From Mobula hypostoma (taxonomy: Eukaryota), in the NCBI RefSeq assembly GCF_963921235.1, contig NC_086109.1:16804001-16868000 (forward strand): 64,000 bases of DNA, written 5' to 3'. Positions 1 through 12,343 of the stretch are shown here, one piece after another (position 1 is the stretch's first letter; each line of letters begins with the position of its first letter). The notes under the pieces were generated by a model. It saw nothing but the letters and a program-made list of their open reading frames with translations. It was not told where the DNA came from and searched no databases. The position numbers were made by a program, and so were the translations under genes.

Positions 1-146
1 GACTTTCGGAAGATGCCTACATGGGCTCAGAGGAATGATTGTCATTGCACTGAATCTCTGATGTTGCAAAGAAATACCTGATGTTTCATACTTATTTTAT
101 CTGAGAACTTTGTCCACTTATTTCTGGTGATAGGATGGAGGAAAGT

Positions 147-832
147 TAGGTTAGATTAGATTATGAGGACACTCAGTCCTCATTTATTGTCGTTTAGAAA
201 TGCATGCATTAGGAAATGATACAATGTTCCTCCAGAGTGATATCACAAAAAAAACAAGACAAACCAAAGACTAACACTGACAAAACCATATAATTATAAC
301 ATATAGTTACAGCAGTGCAAAACAATACCATAATTTGATAAAGAGCAGACCATGGGAACGGTTAAAAAAAAGTCTCAAAGTTCCGATTGACTCCCGATAG
401 TCCACAATAGCAGGCGGCAGAAGAGAGAAACTCTCTCTGCCATAAACCTCCAGGCACCGACAACTGTCGATATATTGGAAGCACCTGACCACAGCCAACT
501 CTGAGTCCGTCCGAAAACTTCGAGCCTCCGACTAGCCGTCCGACACCGAGCACCGTGTACCATCTCTGCCGAGCGCTTTGACCCCGCCCCAGCCGCCGAG
601 CAACAAGCAAAGCCGAGGATTCGGGACCTTCCCCTCCGGAGATTCTGGATCACACAGTAGCAGCGGCAGCGAAACAGGCATTTCAGAAGTTTCTCCAGAT
701 GTTCCTCCGTTCTCTCACGTCTGTCTCCATCAAATCAGGATTGTGCACGGCACCCTACTTGACAGATTGCTGATATCATTCACCGGAGTGGCTGCTGCGA
801 GCTGCATCACGTCACCATCTTCTCCTCCTCCT
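147..832 (-). mobile_element. ~0.7-kb non-coding interspersed retro-repeat, copy 1
   Basis: Homologous along its length to 29557-32320 and 56713-57395. (TAATC)n tail on the minus strand. Confidence 0.8.
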
Positions 833-3261
833 TGAAGGAAATTTCTAACAAGGACCAAGGCATAAAAAAGTTGTCATTATGCTGGTTTGCCTGATATGAC
901 CAAAACTTTCCAGGGTATATAATAATGGACTGATCCAGTGCGGATAGCTCAGCCTCTCTCCTCAAAGATGCTGGCTAGTTTTTCATCATACTGAATGGAC
1001 CTTGCAGAACCCGAAGCATTTACTTCACATCAACCGCCCTACGCCTTACTTCATCCAAGTGCCATTAATGTACAAACCTGAGAAGAACTATCAACCACTC
1101 CCTGTGAGTTAGTCAAAGTCAAAGTTAATTTATTATCAAAGTATATGTATGTCAGCATATACTACATTGAGGTTCATTTTCACGCAGGCATTTACAGGAA
1201 AATAAAGAAATAAAATAGAACTTATGAAAAACTATATGTAAACAAAGACTGACAAATAACAAATGTGCAAAAGAAGGCAAATTGTGCAAATAGATAGATA
1301 GGGAGAGAGAGAGAGAGAGAGAGAGAAATAATACTGAGAACATAAGTTGTAGAGCCCTTGAAGTTGAGTTTAGACCATAAGGCCATAACACATAGGAGCA
1401 AAATTAGGCCATTCAGCTCCACCATTTCATCATGGCTGAACCCAGATCCCATTCAACCCCATACACCTACTCTCTCACCACATCCCTTGAATCTATCGAC
1501 TTCCACTTTAAATATACCCACAGACGTAGCCTCCACTGCAGTCTGTGGCAGAGCATTCCACAGGTTTGGCTAAAAAAATTCCTCCTTACTTCTGTTCTAA
1601 AAGGTCGCCCCTCAATTTGAGGCTGTGCCCTCTAGATCTGGATACCCCTACCAGAGGAAACATCCTCTCCACATCCACCCTGTCTAGTCCTTTTAACATT
1701 TAGTAGGTTTCAATGAGATCTCCCTGCAATCTTCTAAATACCAGTGAGCGCAGACCCAAAACTGCCAGACGTTTCTGATTTGTAGGTTGTGGAATCAGTT
1801 CTGAGTTGAGGTGAATGAATTTATCCATGCGAGTTCAGTAACCTGATGTTTGTAGGATAATAACTGTTCCTGAACCTGGTAACCTGGGACCTAAGGCTCC
1901 TCTACCTCCTTTGCGATGGTAGCAGTGAAAAGAGAGCATGGTCTGAATGTTGGGCATCCTTGATACTGATGCTACTTTCTTGTGGCTGTGCTCCTTGTAA
2001 ATGTGTTCAATGGTGGGGAGGGTTTTATATATTCTGTAGCTCAAGATGAGGAACATTAAAAAATGTTATTGTGTATCAGAGACTGCAAAAGATCTCCAGC
2101 ATCTGCAGATTTTCTCTTGACTGTAAAATATCTACACAATATGAGGCTTTTCCTAATTCCTTATTTGAATAATTGAAGTAAATGCTGATGGTTGCAGGAG
2201 TAGTGAGAAGTAATACGTCTCATTTATGATTCCTGACCATTACATGGTTTTGAAAAGCAGGAGGAAGTGGTTTAAGATGGAAAAAGTGGTTTAAGACAGC
2301 CAAGTGCCTCCGGAGAATGGGTCAATGTGAATGAGTAATGCAAGGACTTTGGTCAGACAAAGAGAAATATAATATTTATCAGCCATGTATAGGCAGTATT
2401 GATCTCTCTATATCCATTACAGAAAAAAGGCGCTACTAACTAATACTTTTAAATCACAAGGGGCTGCTGAGCTTTAAAGGAATTGGAAAGGGATTGTGTT
2501 TGAAGAACATTAATGACGTCTGATGGCTACCTCTCATTGTTAAGTATATTATTAATAGTTAATTATTGTGTTGGATGAGTCAGTCTTGTGAATAGCTTAA
2601 TGCTTCCTTAATGGGTCAGAACTTGATAATGTAGTTATGCTACTGCGTCTTGGTGTCCTGGTGTCCTGGTGTTGCAGGGATGATTCCATTTACCATAGAA
2701 CTTAGCTGCTTCCTGTACTGCTCTGCCAAAGAGCGAATGTTCACCACCCCAGATGGTTGCCCAGGTTACTGACAATTAGTGAGAATGAAGATTTCTGTGT
2801 CAGGTACCAAGCAACGCCGTTGATCAAAAGCATGCGGAACTGTGCTAACTTCAGAAGTGCCTATATTTGCTGGACCTCAGTCTAGAACAGCCTGTGGGAG
2901 AATACAAAGAACATAGTTGTAAACTTAATATGAGAGATAATCAAGATGCACTGTTGATTTTGGGATGCAACTCTTTTACAAAAGATAGACAAAACCAAAA
3001 ATGTTTTGAGATTTTTCTTGGACAAGAGAATTAAGGGTTATGGAAGTGAAACAGTTAAGTGGAAATAAATAAATAAATACAATCTAAAGTATGATTGATG
3101 TAGGAAAAGGTTTGAGAGGTTGTAACACATTTACCGTTTCAAAGAACATTTATTATCAAAGTATATATACTTCATTCAACCTTGAGATTCGTCTCCTTAC
3201 AGGCAGCCGTGAAACAAAGAAACCCAATAGAACCTATTAAAGACAAAAGAAGACCGTCAAA

Positions 3262-3320
3262 CAGAGAGCGAGAGAGAGAAAGCGAGAGAGAGAGAGAAAG
3301 AGAGAAAGAGAGAGAGAGAA
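3262..3320. repeat. (GA)n-rich microsatellite
   Basis: Visible run. A similar run lies at 1303-1326. Confidence 0.9.
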
Positions 3321-3874
3321 AATTGTGTAAACAATAAAAGCACGCAAACAGCATTCCGAACTGAAGTTCAAAATGCCAGGCATCACTGCAGCCAATCCAG
3401 AAGTCTACTAGTTGCAGGACACAGACTCCGGCCAGTACAGAGACAAGCAAATCCCAAGGAGCAGTGAGCCGAACCGGATCATCCCTCACTCCTGAACCCA
3501 ACACCCTGACCCTTTCAATCTGACCCAGCGCTTAAATCGTCCTAATCTTGGGTCGTTCCTTCCCTTTCTGCTACTTCAATACAGCCTCGGGCTCAAACTC
3601 CACTAGTTAGATTCAGCCAGAACCCAACCTTTCCAATTCAGTTCAGCTCTTAAATCGATCAAATCTTGGACTTTGAAAGCATTAAGATAACAAAGCATTG
3701 TAAGACCATATTCAGATGGAAGCTGACATCAGAGTATAGAAGGGAAATTAGAAAAATTGAGCAATTGTTTGTCAAAGAGATAACTTTTAAGTAGTTTTAA
3801 AGGAGGACAAAGGCTTAAGGAGACAAAGGGAATTTTGGGCCTAAGATGCTGCAAAAGTGGGAGATTTATAGGAA

Positions 3875-5100
3875 TTCCTCCCTCTCTGCCACATCTGCTC
3901 TCAGGATGAGGCTTTTCATTCCAGGACGAGGGAGATACCCTTTTTTAAAGAAAGGGGCTTCCCTTCCTCCACCATCAACTCTGCTCTCAAATGCATCTCC
4001 CCCATTTCACGCACATCTGCTCTCACTCCATCCTCCCACCACCCCACTAGGAATAGGGTTCCCCTTGTCCTCACCTACCACCCCACCAGCCTCCGGGTCC
4101 AACATATAATTCTGCATAACTTCCGCCACCTCCAAAGGGCTCTCACCACTAAGCACATCTTTCCCTCCCCCCCCCCCGCTTTCCGCAAGGATCACTCCCT
4201 ACGCGACTCCCTTGTCCATTCGTTCCCCCCCATCCCTCCCCACCAATCTCCCTCCTGGCACTTATCCTTGTAAGTGGAATAAGTGCTACACATGCCCTTA
4301 CACTTCCTCCCTTACCATCATTCAGGCCCTAGACAGTCCTTCCAGGTGAGGCAACACTTCACCTGTGAGTCGGCTGGGGTGATATACTGCGTCCGGTGCT
4401 CCCGATGTGGCCTTCTATTTATTGGTGAGACCCAACGCAAACTGGGAGATCGTTTCGCTGAACAACTACGCTTGGTCCGCCAGAGAAAGCAGGATCTTCC
4501 AGTGAGAACACATTTTAATTCCATGTCCCATTCCCATTCTGATATATCTATCCATGGCCTCCTCTACTGTAAAGATGAAGCCACACTCAGGTTGGAGGAA
4601 AAATACCTTATATTCTGTCTGGGTAGCCTCCAACCTGATGGCATGAACGTTGACTTCTCAAACTTCCGCTAATGTCCCACCTCCCCCTTGTACCCCATCC
4701 GATATTTATTTATTTACACACATTCTTTTTCTCTCTCTTTTTCTCCCTCTGTCCCTCTCACTATACCCCTTGCCCATCCTCTGGGCTTCCCCCCTCCCCC
4801 TTTTCTTTCTCCCTAGGCCTCCTGTCCCATGATCCTCTCATATGCCCTTTACTAATCACCTGTCCAGCTCTTGGCTCCATCCCTCCCCCTCCTGTCTTCT
4901 CCTATCATTTTGGATCTCCCCCTCCCCCTCCCACTTTCAAATCTCTTACTAGCTCTTCCTTCAGTTAGTCCTGACGAAGGGTCTCAGCCTGAAACGTCGA
5001 CTGTACCTCTTCCTAGAGAAGCTGCCTGGCCTGCTGTGTTCACCAGCAACTTTTATGTGTGTTGCTTGAATTTCCAGCATCTGCAGATTTCCTCGTGTCT
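3875..5100 (+). mobile_element. 5'-truncated Neptune-type Penelope-like element (RT C-terminus, Cys linker, GIY-YIG endonuclease, 3' pLTR)
   Basis: GIY-YIG-like peptide GVIYCVRCSRCGLLFIGETQRKLGDRFAE in ORF 4283-4672 and an HHR in the 3' end. Flanked by GAGATTTATAGGAA (3861-3874) / GAGATTTACAGGAA (5101-5114), a candidate 14-bp TSD. Confidence 0.9.
4967..5002 (+). ncRNA. Minimal type I hammerhead ribozyme motif (PLE-type)
   Basis: agtc-CUGACGA-aggGUCUCAGccu-GAAA-C-GUC-gacu: intact core, helix I agtc/gact, and a loopless palindromic helix III (ACGU). Predicted cleavage after 4998. Confidence 0.8.
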
Positions 5101-5239
5101 GAGATTTACAGGAAGCTACAAACTGGATGAAGACAGTTCTGAGAGCATTGCTGCAAGTTCACATTCATTTGGAAATCAGCAATGCCATGACTGATTCTAC
5201 CCACATCTTTTATCCTTTCGTAGAATATGAGTATTGCTA

Positions 5240-5535
5240 ATAAACACAAAATGCTGGAGGAACTCAGCAGGTCAGGCATAATCTACAGGGAGGAATAAAC
5301 AGTCGACGTTTCAGGCCAAGGCCCTTCATCAGGACTGGAAAGAAAGGGGGATAAAGCCAAGGAAGGTAGGGGTGGGACAGGAGTACAAGCTGGAAGGTGA
5401 TAGGTGAAAGACCAATTAAGGGGGAAGGTAGGTGGTTGGGGGAGGGGAGGATGAGGTGAAAAGCTGTGTGGTGAAAGACAGAAAAGGGTTGAAGAGGATG
5501 GAATCTGATGGGACAGGAGAGTGGACTATGGAAGG
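5240..5535 (-). mobile_element. PLE 3' end (pLTR) fragment, related subfamily
   Basis: AAATGCTGGAGGAACTCAGCAGG...HHR block followed by the purine-rich tract seen in the other PLE 3' ends. Confidence 0.75.
5300..5337 (-). ncRNA. Minimal type I hammerhead ribozyme motif
   Basis: Reverse complement cagtc-CUGAUGA-aggGCCUUGGccu-GAAA-C-GUC-gacug, with a 5-bp helix I. Confidence 0.8.
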
Positions 5536-7374
5536 ATCAGAACCAGATTTAATATCAACAGCATATGTCATAAAATTTGTTGTCTTTGCAGCAGAGGTAC
5601 AATGCAATACATAATAATAGAAAAAAACTGTGAATTACAGTAGGTATATAGCATATATCTAAAAATAGTTAAATTTTCAAAAAGGTAGAGGTAGTGTTTG
5701 TTCAAGGGACGGAGGAGTGGTATCAAAGGGCAGGTGAGAAGAAAAGGGGTAATATATTGCACATTCTTGGCTGCCTTTAAACAAAGTGCTACTGTGTCAT
5801 TTAAGGGACAATATCATGTCAACCATACCAGAGTGGGTCTGAATTCACATTTAGGTCAGACCATATAAAATCAATAGATCCCTTCCCTAAAAGGACACTT
5901 ATAAACTACATAACAAAGTGCTACCTTAGTTGACACCATTGGCGAGCTCTTGTTGTTTGAGTTATGTGTTTTTTAATTAGTTGAATTGAACATTCCCATA
6001 TTTCATTGAGCAAAGACTTCACAAACGTTGGCTCTGAGGCTCTTAACATCAACGCTGTTCAACCATACCACATGCAGGTCCAGAAAGACCTGAGAATTGT
6101 GCAGGCAGTTTATATTTTTAACATTGTGGTTGTTGGAGTCTCCTCTGTGATCCAAACAAAATTGGAATTGAAATAAACAGCAAGGGAATTTGCGGTTTGG
6201 GAGAGATGGTGGCCAACAGTTCTTGCCATTTACTTCACAGGCTGTGATCAGTTAGCACTGTAGAAACTATTATTTTTTTGGAACAGCAATGCCATTGCTG
6301 GCAGGTATTGGTCATATTTATACAGATGAGTGCAGACGTAGGAGAAAAGAGTGCATTTGGCAAGATTCCATAAGTCTTAAAGATGACAGAGATCATTCCA
6401 AAGTAATAATTCCTTATCAATCTTTTTGTTGCATTTAACAGTGTAATATTATCAAAAAAATTGCAAATGCTTTAATATTGCAAGTGCATTTTCATAGTAT
6501 AGACCGAGAGAAGCTGTTTCTGCTTTTAACAAGTCCATTAGCAAGCTCTTTAATTTCTTGCTTTTAAACTGATGCTTCTGATAGTGGGAGAGTCTGGAAC
6601 CTGAGAGCACAGACTCAGAACGGAAGGATGGCCCTTTGGAACACAGAGGTGAGGAGGAATTTCTCCCCCCAGAGGGTGGTGAATCTGCGGAAGTTATTGC
6701 TACAGACGGCAGTAGAGGCCAAGTCATTGGGCATATTTAAAGTGGAGGTTGATAGGTTGTTGATTATTAAGTGCATCAATGATTAAGGGGAGAATGTGGC
6801 TGAGAAGGGTAGTAAATGGCAGAGCATTCAATGGGCCAAATGGCCTAATTCTGCTCCTACATCTTATGGTCTAATTCTTCTTCAGAATATAAGTACATAC
6901 TTACTGAACTGTATCCAATTTCTGTTTTGGCCCATTTCTTCCACTTCTTCAGGTATTATTCAAATCATTCAAAGCCCAAGCACACTTGCTCGTGAACGAT
7001 TGCAAAGGATACATGGTAAAGACATCAGCTTTGCACCTTAATCCACAAGCCATCTACTCATCTTCTGCCTCTCCAGTACACCAATCATCAGCTTCCTATT
7101 AAAGGAAAATACTCAATTAAAGGAAATTGCTGCACAGCTACCCCAGTTAGATTGTCTGGCACCAACTCTTCTGACTCAGCAGACCATCGGCAGTTGGAAA
7201 GGGTCAACAGAGATAGATAATAGCTAATGATTATTTGAATTGATTTTGGATAACTTGCCTGCTGTCTTGATGAGAGTTAACCAGATTCCCCTAGTCATTT
7301 TGCATTGATGTTGACTTAGACCTGACGGGGAAATTTCCTTGGTTTTGTCTGCGAAATTGCACAAGGAATTATTA

Positions 7375-8195
7375 TAAGAAGGATGTGGAAGCTTGGAGGG
7401 GGAGCAAAGGAGATTTACCAGGTTCCTGCCTGGACTAGTGTGCGAAACTTATGAAGATAGGCTGTGCACGCCAAAGTTTTTCTCCTTGGAGCGGAAGAGG
7501 ATGAGAGATGACTGGGGTTGTATACACTGGAATTTAGAAGGATGGGAGGGGATCTGATTGAAACATATAAGATTATTAAGGGATTGGACATGCTAGAGGC
7601 GGGAAATGTTCCCGATGTTGGAGGAGTCCAGAACCAGAGGCCACAGTTTAAGAATAAGGGGTAGACAATTTAGAACGAAGTTGAGGAAAAACTTTTTCAC
7701 ACAGAGGGTTAAGGATCTGTGGAATACTCTGCCTCAGAAGGCAGTGGAGGCCAATTCTCTGGATTCTTTCAAAAAAGAGTTACATAGAGCTCTTAAAGAT
7801 AGTGGAGTGAAGGGATATGGGGAGAAGGCAGGAAAAGGGTACTGATTGTGGATGATCAGCCGTGATCACAGTGAATGGTGGTGCTGGCTCGAAGGGCTGA
7901 ATGGCCTACTCCTGCACCTATTGTCTATTGTCTATTGTCTATGATAAGAGGCATAGATAGTCAAGGATTTTTTTTTCCCAGGGTTCAAATGGCTAATACA
8001 AGAGGGCACAATTTTAAAGTGATTGGAGGAAAGTATAGAGGGTATGTCAGAGGCAAGTCAGAGAGTGGTGGGTGCATAGAACGTGCTGCCAGGAGGGGCG
8101 ATAGAGACAGATACATCAGGGGCATTGAAGAGACTCACATGGATGAAAGAAAAATGGAGGGCTGTGTAGGAGAGAAGGTTAGATTAATCCCAGAG
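7375..8195 (+). mobile_element. Two nested CR1 3' fragments (inner copy ~7517-7941)
   Basis: The inner copy ends in (CTATTGT)n at 7918-7941 and the outer CR1 C-terminal sequence resumes after it. Confidence 0.75.
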
Positions 8196-9424
8196 CAGGT
8201 ATACTTCTGCAGTTATATAGCTCAAAAATTTGCGCAAAATGAAAGGGGCCAATATTAAGTTTCGATGGAGTCAATAAGCAGAGCTTACCGTTTTAAAGCT
8301 TCTAGTAGCAATAGTAGTAATGCTACTGGCCTTATAATTAAGAAAACTGAACATACAATACAGAGACACCAGTTCAAATCCCTTTACTGCAGATAACGAA
8401 TTTACATTGAATTATATAAATGAAAATAAATGTAGAGTTTAAAGTTAGCAATAGTTGGATCTACCCTTAATAAACGTATCTGGTTCTTTACTCTCCCTTA
8501 AAAAAGGAACTACATGAACAGTTAAAGAGATAAAAGGTTAGTTTTATTTTTCATGTGTACTGTACATCAAAACATGCAGTGGAATGCGTCATTTGAGTCG
8601 AATTAATTCAGCGAGGGTTGTGCTAGGCAGCTCGCAAGTATCTCCACACTTCCATGGTCTGCCGACAACTCATCAACTTAAATGTATATCCTGGAGACTG
8701 GAGCACCCTAAGAAAGTCCACGCCATCACAGGAAGAACGCTCCAACTGCTTACAGACAGTGGCGGAAATCAAACCCCAATGTTACAGATGACAGTATAAA
8801 GTGTAGAGCTAATTGCTACACTACTGCGCTGCGGGACACACCTACAAACTCTCACAAAGTCCATTATCCATAGATACCTTCATTCCTAAAAATGGCCGAA
8901 CCAGCTTCCATGCTTTTTGCACTTTAAAGAATTGTTCCTTCTTTTCGGTCCTTAGCGTTTTTGATGCCATTCATTACAATACTGTGGAGGTCTGGTTACA
9001 TATTGAGTGAATTTTGTGTCTTTACCAACTTATGGGCAATATTGACATATGGACTTCTTTAAAAACAGGACCCGTTAGTAGCCCAAAGGGGAGCTGTTTG
9101 TCACTTTTACTCGATTGCAAATCCAGAGTCACAGAAATATAATTGACTCTTAAATAGAAAAACGATTAAGATACATTTGCCATGCCAGCAATGTCCACAT
9201 AGTGAGTACAAGTAAAGCAAACTGTCTATTGCTGTCAATGGAATTAAATATCAAATGCTTCTTAGGACAGACATCTGATCAAATCCAGCTAGAGACAAAT
9301 GTCTCTGCCCAGCTCCACACTCCAATGATGCAGTGCTGTGTGTTTGCTTAAAGAACGAAGAGTTAATTCTTCACAGACTGACTAATCTCATCTCAAGTGT
9401 GAGCTGATGGTATTTGCTTTGCAG

Positions 9425-9512
9425 GTGAGCACCGACGATCAGCGAGGAATTAGTGGTGCCAGAAACCCTCTCACAGTTCGCTGGCAGCAGCACGGCCTGT
9501 GCTGCCTTCAGG
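9425..9512 (+). other. Putative 5' UTR portion of the first coding exon of the contactin-2-like gene
   Basis: Acceptor TTTGCTTTGCAG ends at 9424, with branch-point-like CTAAT upstream. An alternative acceptor (GCCTTCAG, ending 9511) is possible. Confidence 0.5.
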
Positions 9513-9567
9513 ATGAGGTTGTCAATCGGTCCCGCCTTGGTGCTTTCAGTCACAAGCTGGCTAACAG
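9513..9567 (+). CDS. cntn2: Contactin-2-like, first coding exon (signal peptide MRLSIGPALVLSVTSWLT)
   Basis: ATG with A at -3, a hydrophobic stretch, and a strong donor CAG|GTAAGC. 55 nt, phase 1, joining in frame to the exon at 48578 (G+AC = Asp). Confidence 0.7.
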
Positions 9568-9807
9568 GTAAGCCCTACTATGCGTAACATATACTCGGTT
9601 AGTGAGAGGAGCCTCTGACAAGTGGAAACTTGAACATGTGTATCTGGAACACAGGAATATTCCATCTCTCAGGTCCATTCCCTGACTGAGAGGATCAGGA
9701 CCCTGACATACTTGTTGACCTCACAGGGTTGGGCCTTGCCACTATTTAGCCACCAGAACATCCACTCTTCACTGTCATTCATGGAACCCCCATGCCTACT
9801 GACAAAC

Positions 9808-12215
9808 TCAAAGTTCAAAGTAACTTTTTTAATCAAAGTACATATATGTCTCCAGGCTGAGATTCATTCTCTTGTGGCTATTCACAGTAAATACAAGAAA
9901 CTCAACAGAATCAGTGAAAGGTCACACCCAACAGGATGCACAACCAATGTGCAAAAGACAACAAACTGTGCAAATGCAAAATGAAAAGAAAAGAATTAAT
10001 AATAAATAAATAAGCAATAAATATCGAGAACATGAGATGAAAAGTCCTGTAAAGTGAGTCCATAGGTTGTGGGAATAGCTCAGTGATGGGGCAAGTGAAG
10101 TTATCCCCTCTGGTTAAAGAGCCTGATGGTTGAACCATAGAACCATAGAACCATAGAACCAGTGTGACAAGTGTGAGGTATTGCACGTTGGAAGAACAAA
10201 CCAACGTAGAACATACAGGGTTAATGGTAAGGCACTGAGGAGTGCAGTGGAACAGAGGGATCTGGGAATACAGATACAAAATTCCCTAAAAGTGTCGTCA
10301 CAGGTAGATAGGGTCGTAGAGAGAGCTTTTGGTACATTGGCCTTTATTAATCGAAGTATTGAGTATAAGAGCTGGAATGTTATGATGAGGTTGTATAAGG
10401 CATTGGTGAGGCCGAATCTGGAGTATTGTGTTCAGTTTTGGTCACCAAATTACAGGAAGGATATAAATAAGGTTGAAAGAGTGCAGAGAAGGTTTACAAG
10501 GATGTTGCCGGGACTTGAGAAACTCAGTTACAGAGAAAGGTTGAATGGGTTAGGACTTTATTCCCTGGAGCATAGAAGAATGAGGGGAGATTTGATAGAG
10601 GTATATGAAATTATGATGGGTATAGATAGAGTGAATGCAAGCAGGCTTTTTCCACTGAGGCAAGGGGAGAAAAAAACCAGAGGACATGGGTTAAGGGTGA
10701 GGGGGGAAAAGTTTAAAGGGAACATTAGGGGGGGCTTCTTCACACAGAGAGTGGTGGGAGTATGGAATGAGCTGCCAGAAGAGGTGGTAAATGTGGGTTC
10801 TTTTTTAACATTTAAGAATAAATTGGACAGATACATGGATGGGAGGTGTATGGAGGTATATGGTCCGTGTGCAGGTCAGTGGGACTAGGCAGAAAATGGT
10901 TCGGCACAGCCAAGAAGGGCCAAAGGGCCTGTTTCTGTGCTGTAGTTTCTATGGTTCTATGGTTCTATGCAAAGAAAGTAGAGGCACTGCCATGCTTTTT
11001 TTCAGAATAGCCCTTATGTGCTGGACCCAGGAGAGATCCTCTGAAATGCTAACACTGAGAAATTTAAATTTGCTGACCCTCTCCACCTCTGATCCCCCGA
11101 TGAGAATTGGCTCATGAGCTTCTGGTTTTCTCTTCCTGAAATCAATAATCAGCTCCTTGACCTTACTGACAATGAGGGAGAGGTCATTGCTGTGATACCG
11201 CTCAGCCAGATTTTCAATCTCGCTCCTATATGCTGATTCGTCATCACCATTGATTTGGCCAATGATGGTGTGTCGAAAATAAACTTAAACGTGGCTTTAG
11301 AGCTGTGCTCAGCCACACAGTCATAAGTGGAAAGTGAGTAGAGCAGTGGGGGTTAAGCACCCAGTCTCGTGATGTCCCTGTGCTGATGGAGATCGTGGAA
11401 AAGATGTTACTGCCAATCCAAATTGACTGGTGTCTGTGAGTGAGGAAATTGAGGATCCAATTGCACAAGGAGGTATTGAGCCAGATCTTGAAGCTTATCG
11501 ATTAGTTTGAGGGGATGATAGTATTGAATGCCAAGCTGTAATCAATGAAGAGCATCATGATGTATGCATCTTTGCAGTCCAGATGTTCCAGGGTTGAATG
11601 AAGAGCCAATGAAATGGCACCTGCTGTTGACCATTTGTGATAGTAGACAGATTGGAGCAGATCCAATTTTTTTCTCAGGCAGGAATTGATATGTTTCATC
11701 ACCAACCTCTCAAAGCACCATCACAGTGGATGTAAATACTACTGGATGAAAGTCATTGAGGAACGTTACCATAAAATTGAAACCTGCTTGAAGCAGGTGG
11801 GTATCTCAGACTGCTGAAGCAAGAGGTTAAAAGTATCGGTGAGTACTCCAACCAGATGATCAGCATGGGTCTTTGTTACATGGCCAGCTACCTCATCTGG
11901 GCCGGATGCTTTCCATGGATTCACCCTCCTGAAAGATGCTCTCATTTCGACCTCAGAGACTGAAATCAGAGGGTTGTCAGGGCTTGTGGAAGTTCGTGGA
12001 GGCTCCTCTATGTTCTGATGATCGAAGTGAGCATAAAAGTCATTGAGCTCATCTGGGAGTGAAGCCTTTTTGTCACCTATGTCGATTGGCTTCACTTTTT
12101 AGGAGGTGAGAGCTTTCAAGCTCTGCCACTGCTGTTGAATATCCTCTGTGATTCAATTTTGGTGCAGATCTGCCAGTGTACCGTACTGTTGCTATTCCAT
12201 CTCCTGTTACACCTT
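9808..12215 (-). mobile_element. Degenerate Rex1/Babar-like LINE, interrupted by CR1 10165-10968
   Basis: Peptides FRRVNPWKASGPD, LFIDYSLAFNTIIP and CNWILNFLT. 3' tail (TTTGAAC)-like at 9808-9820. Confidence 0.8.
10165..10968 (+). mobile_element. CR1 3' fragment, same subfamily as 12344-14985
   Basis: ORF 10181-10888 is nearly identical to the C-terminus of the 764-aa ORF. (CTATGGTT)n tail. Confidence 0.95.
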
Positions 12216-12343
12216 GGTCAGCAGGAACAAGTTGGCCCCAAAGGGCCTGTTTCTCTACTGTATGACTCTATGACTCTATGCTAATGTGACAACATACCTT
12301 TATGCATAAACAGAAATGAGATAGCAGCCAGGTAATATGAGCA

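Noticed and set aside
4672..5194. Pro/Ser/Leu-rich ORFs recurring near 26000 and 29700
   Set aside because: They are low-complexity PLE 3' UTR sequence, and the recurrence reflects TE copy number rather than coding conservation.
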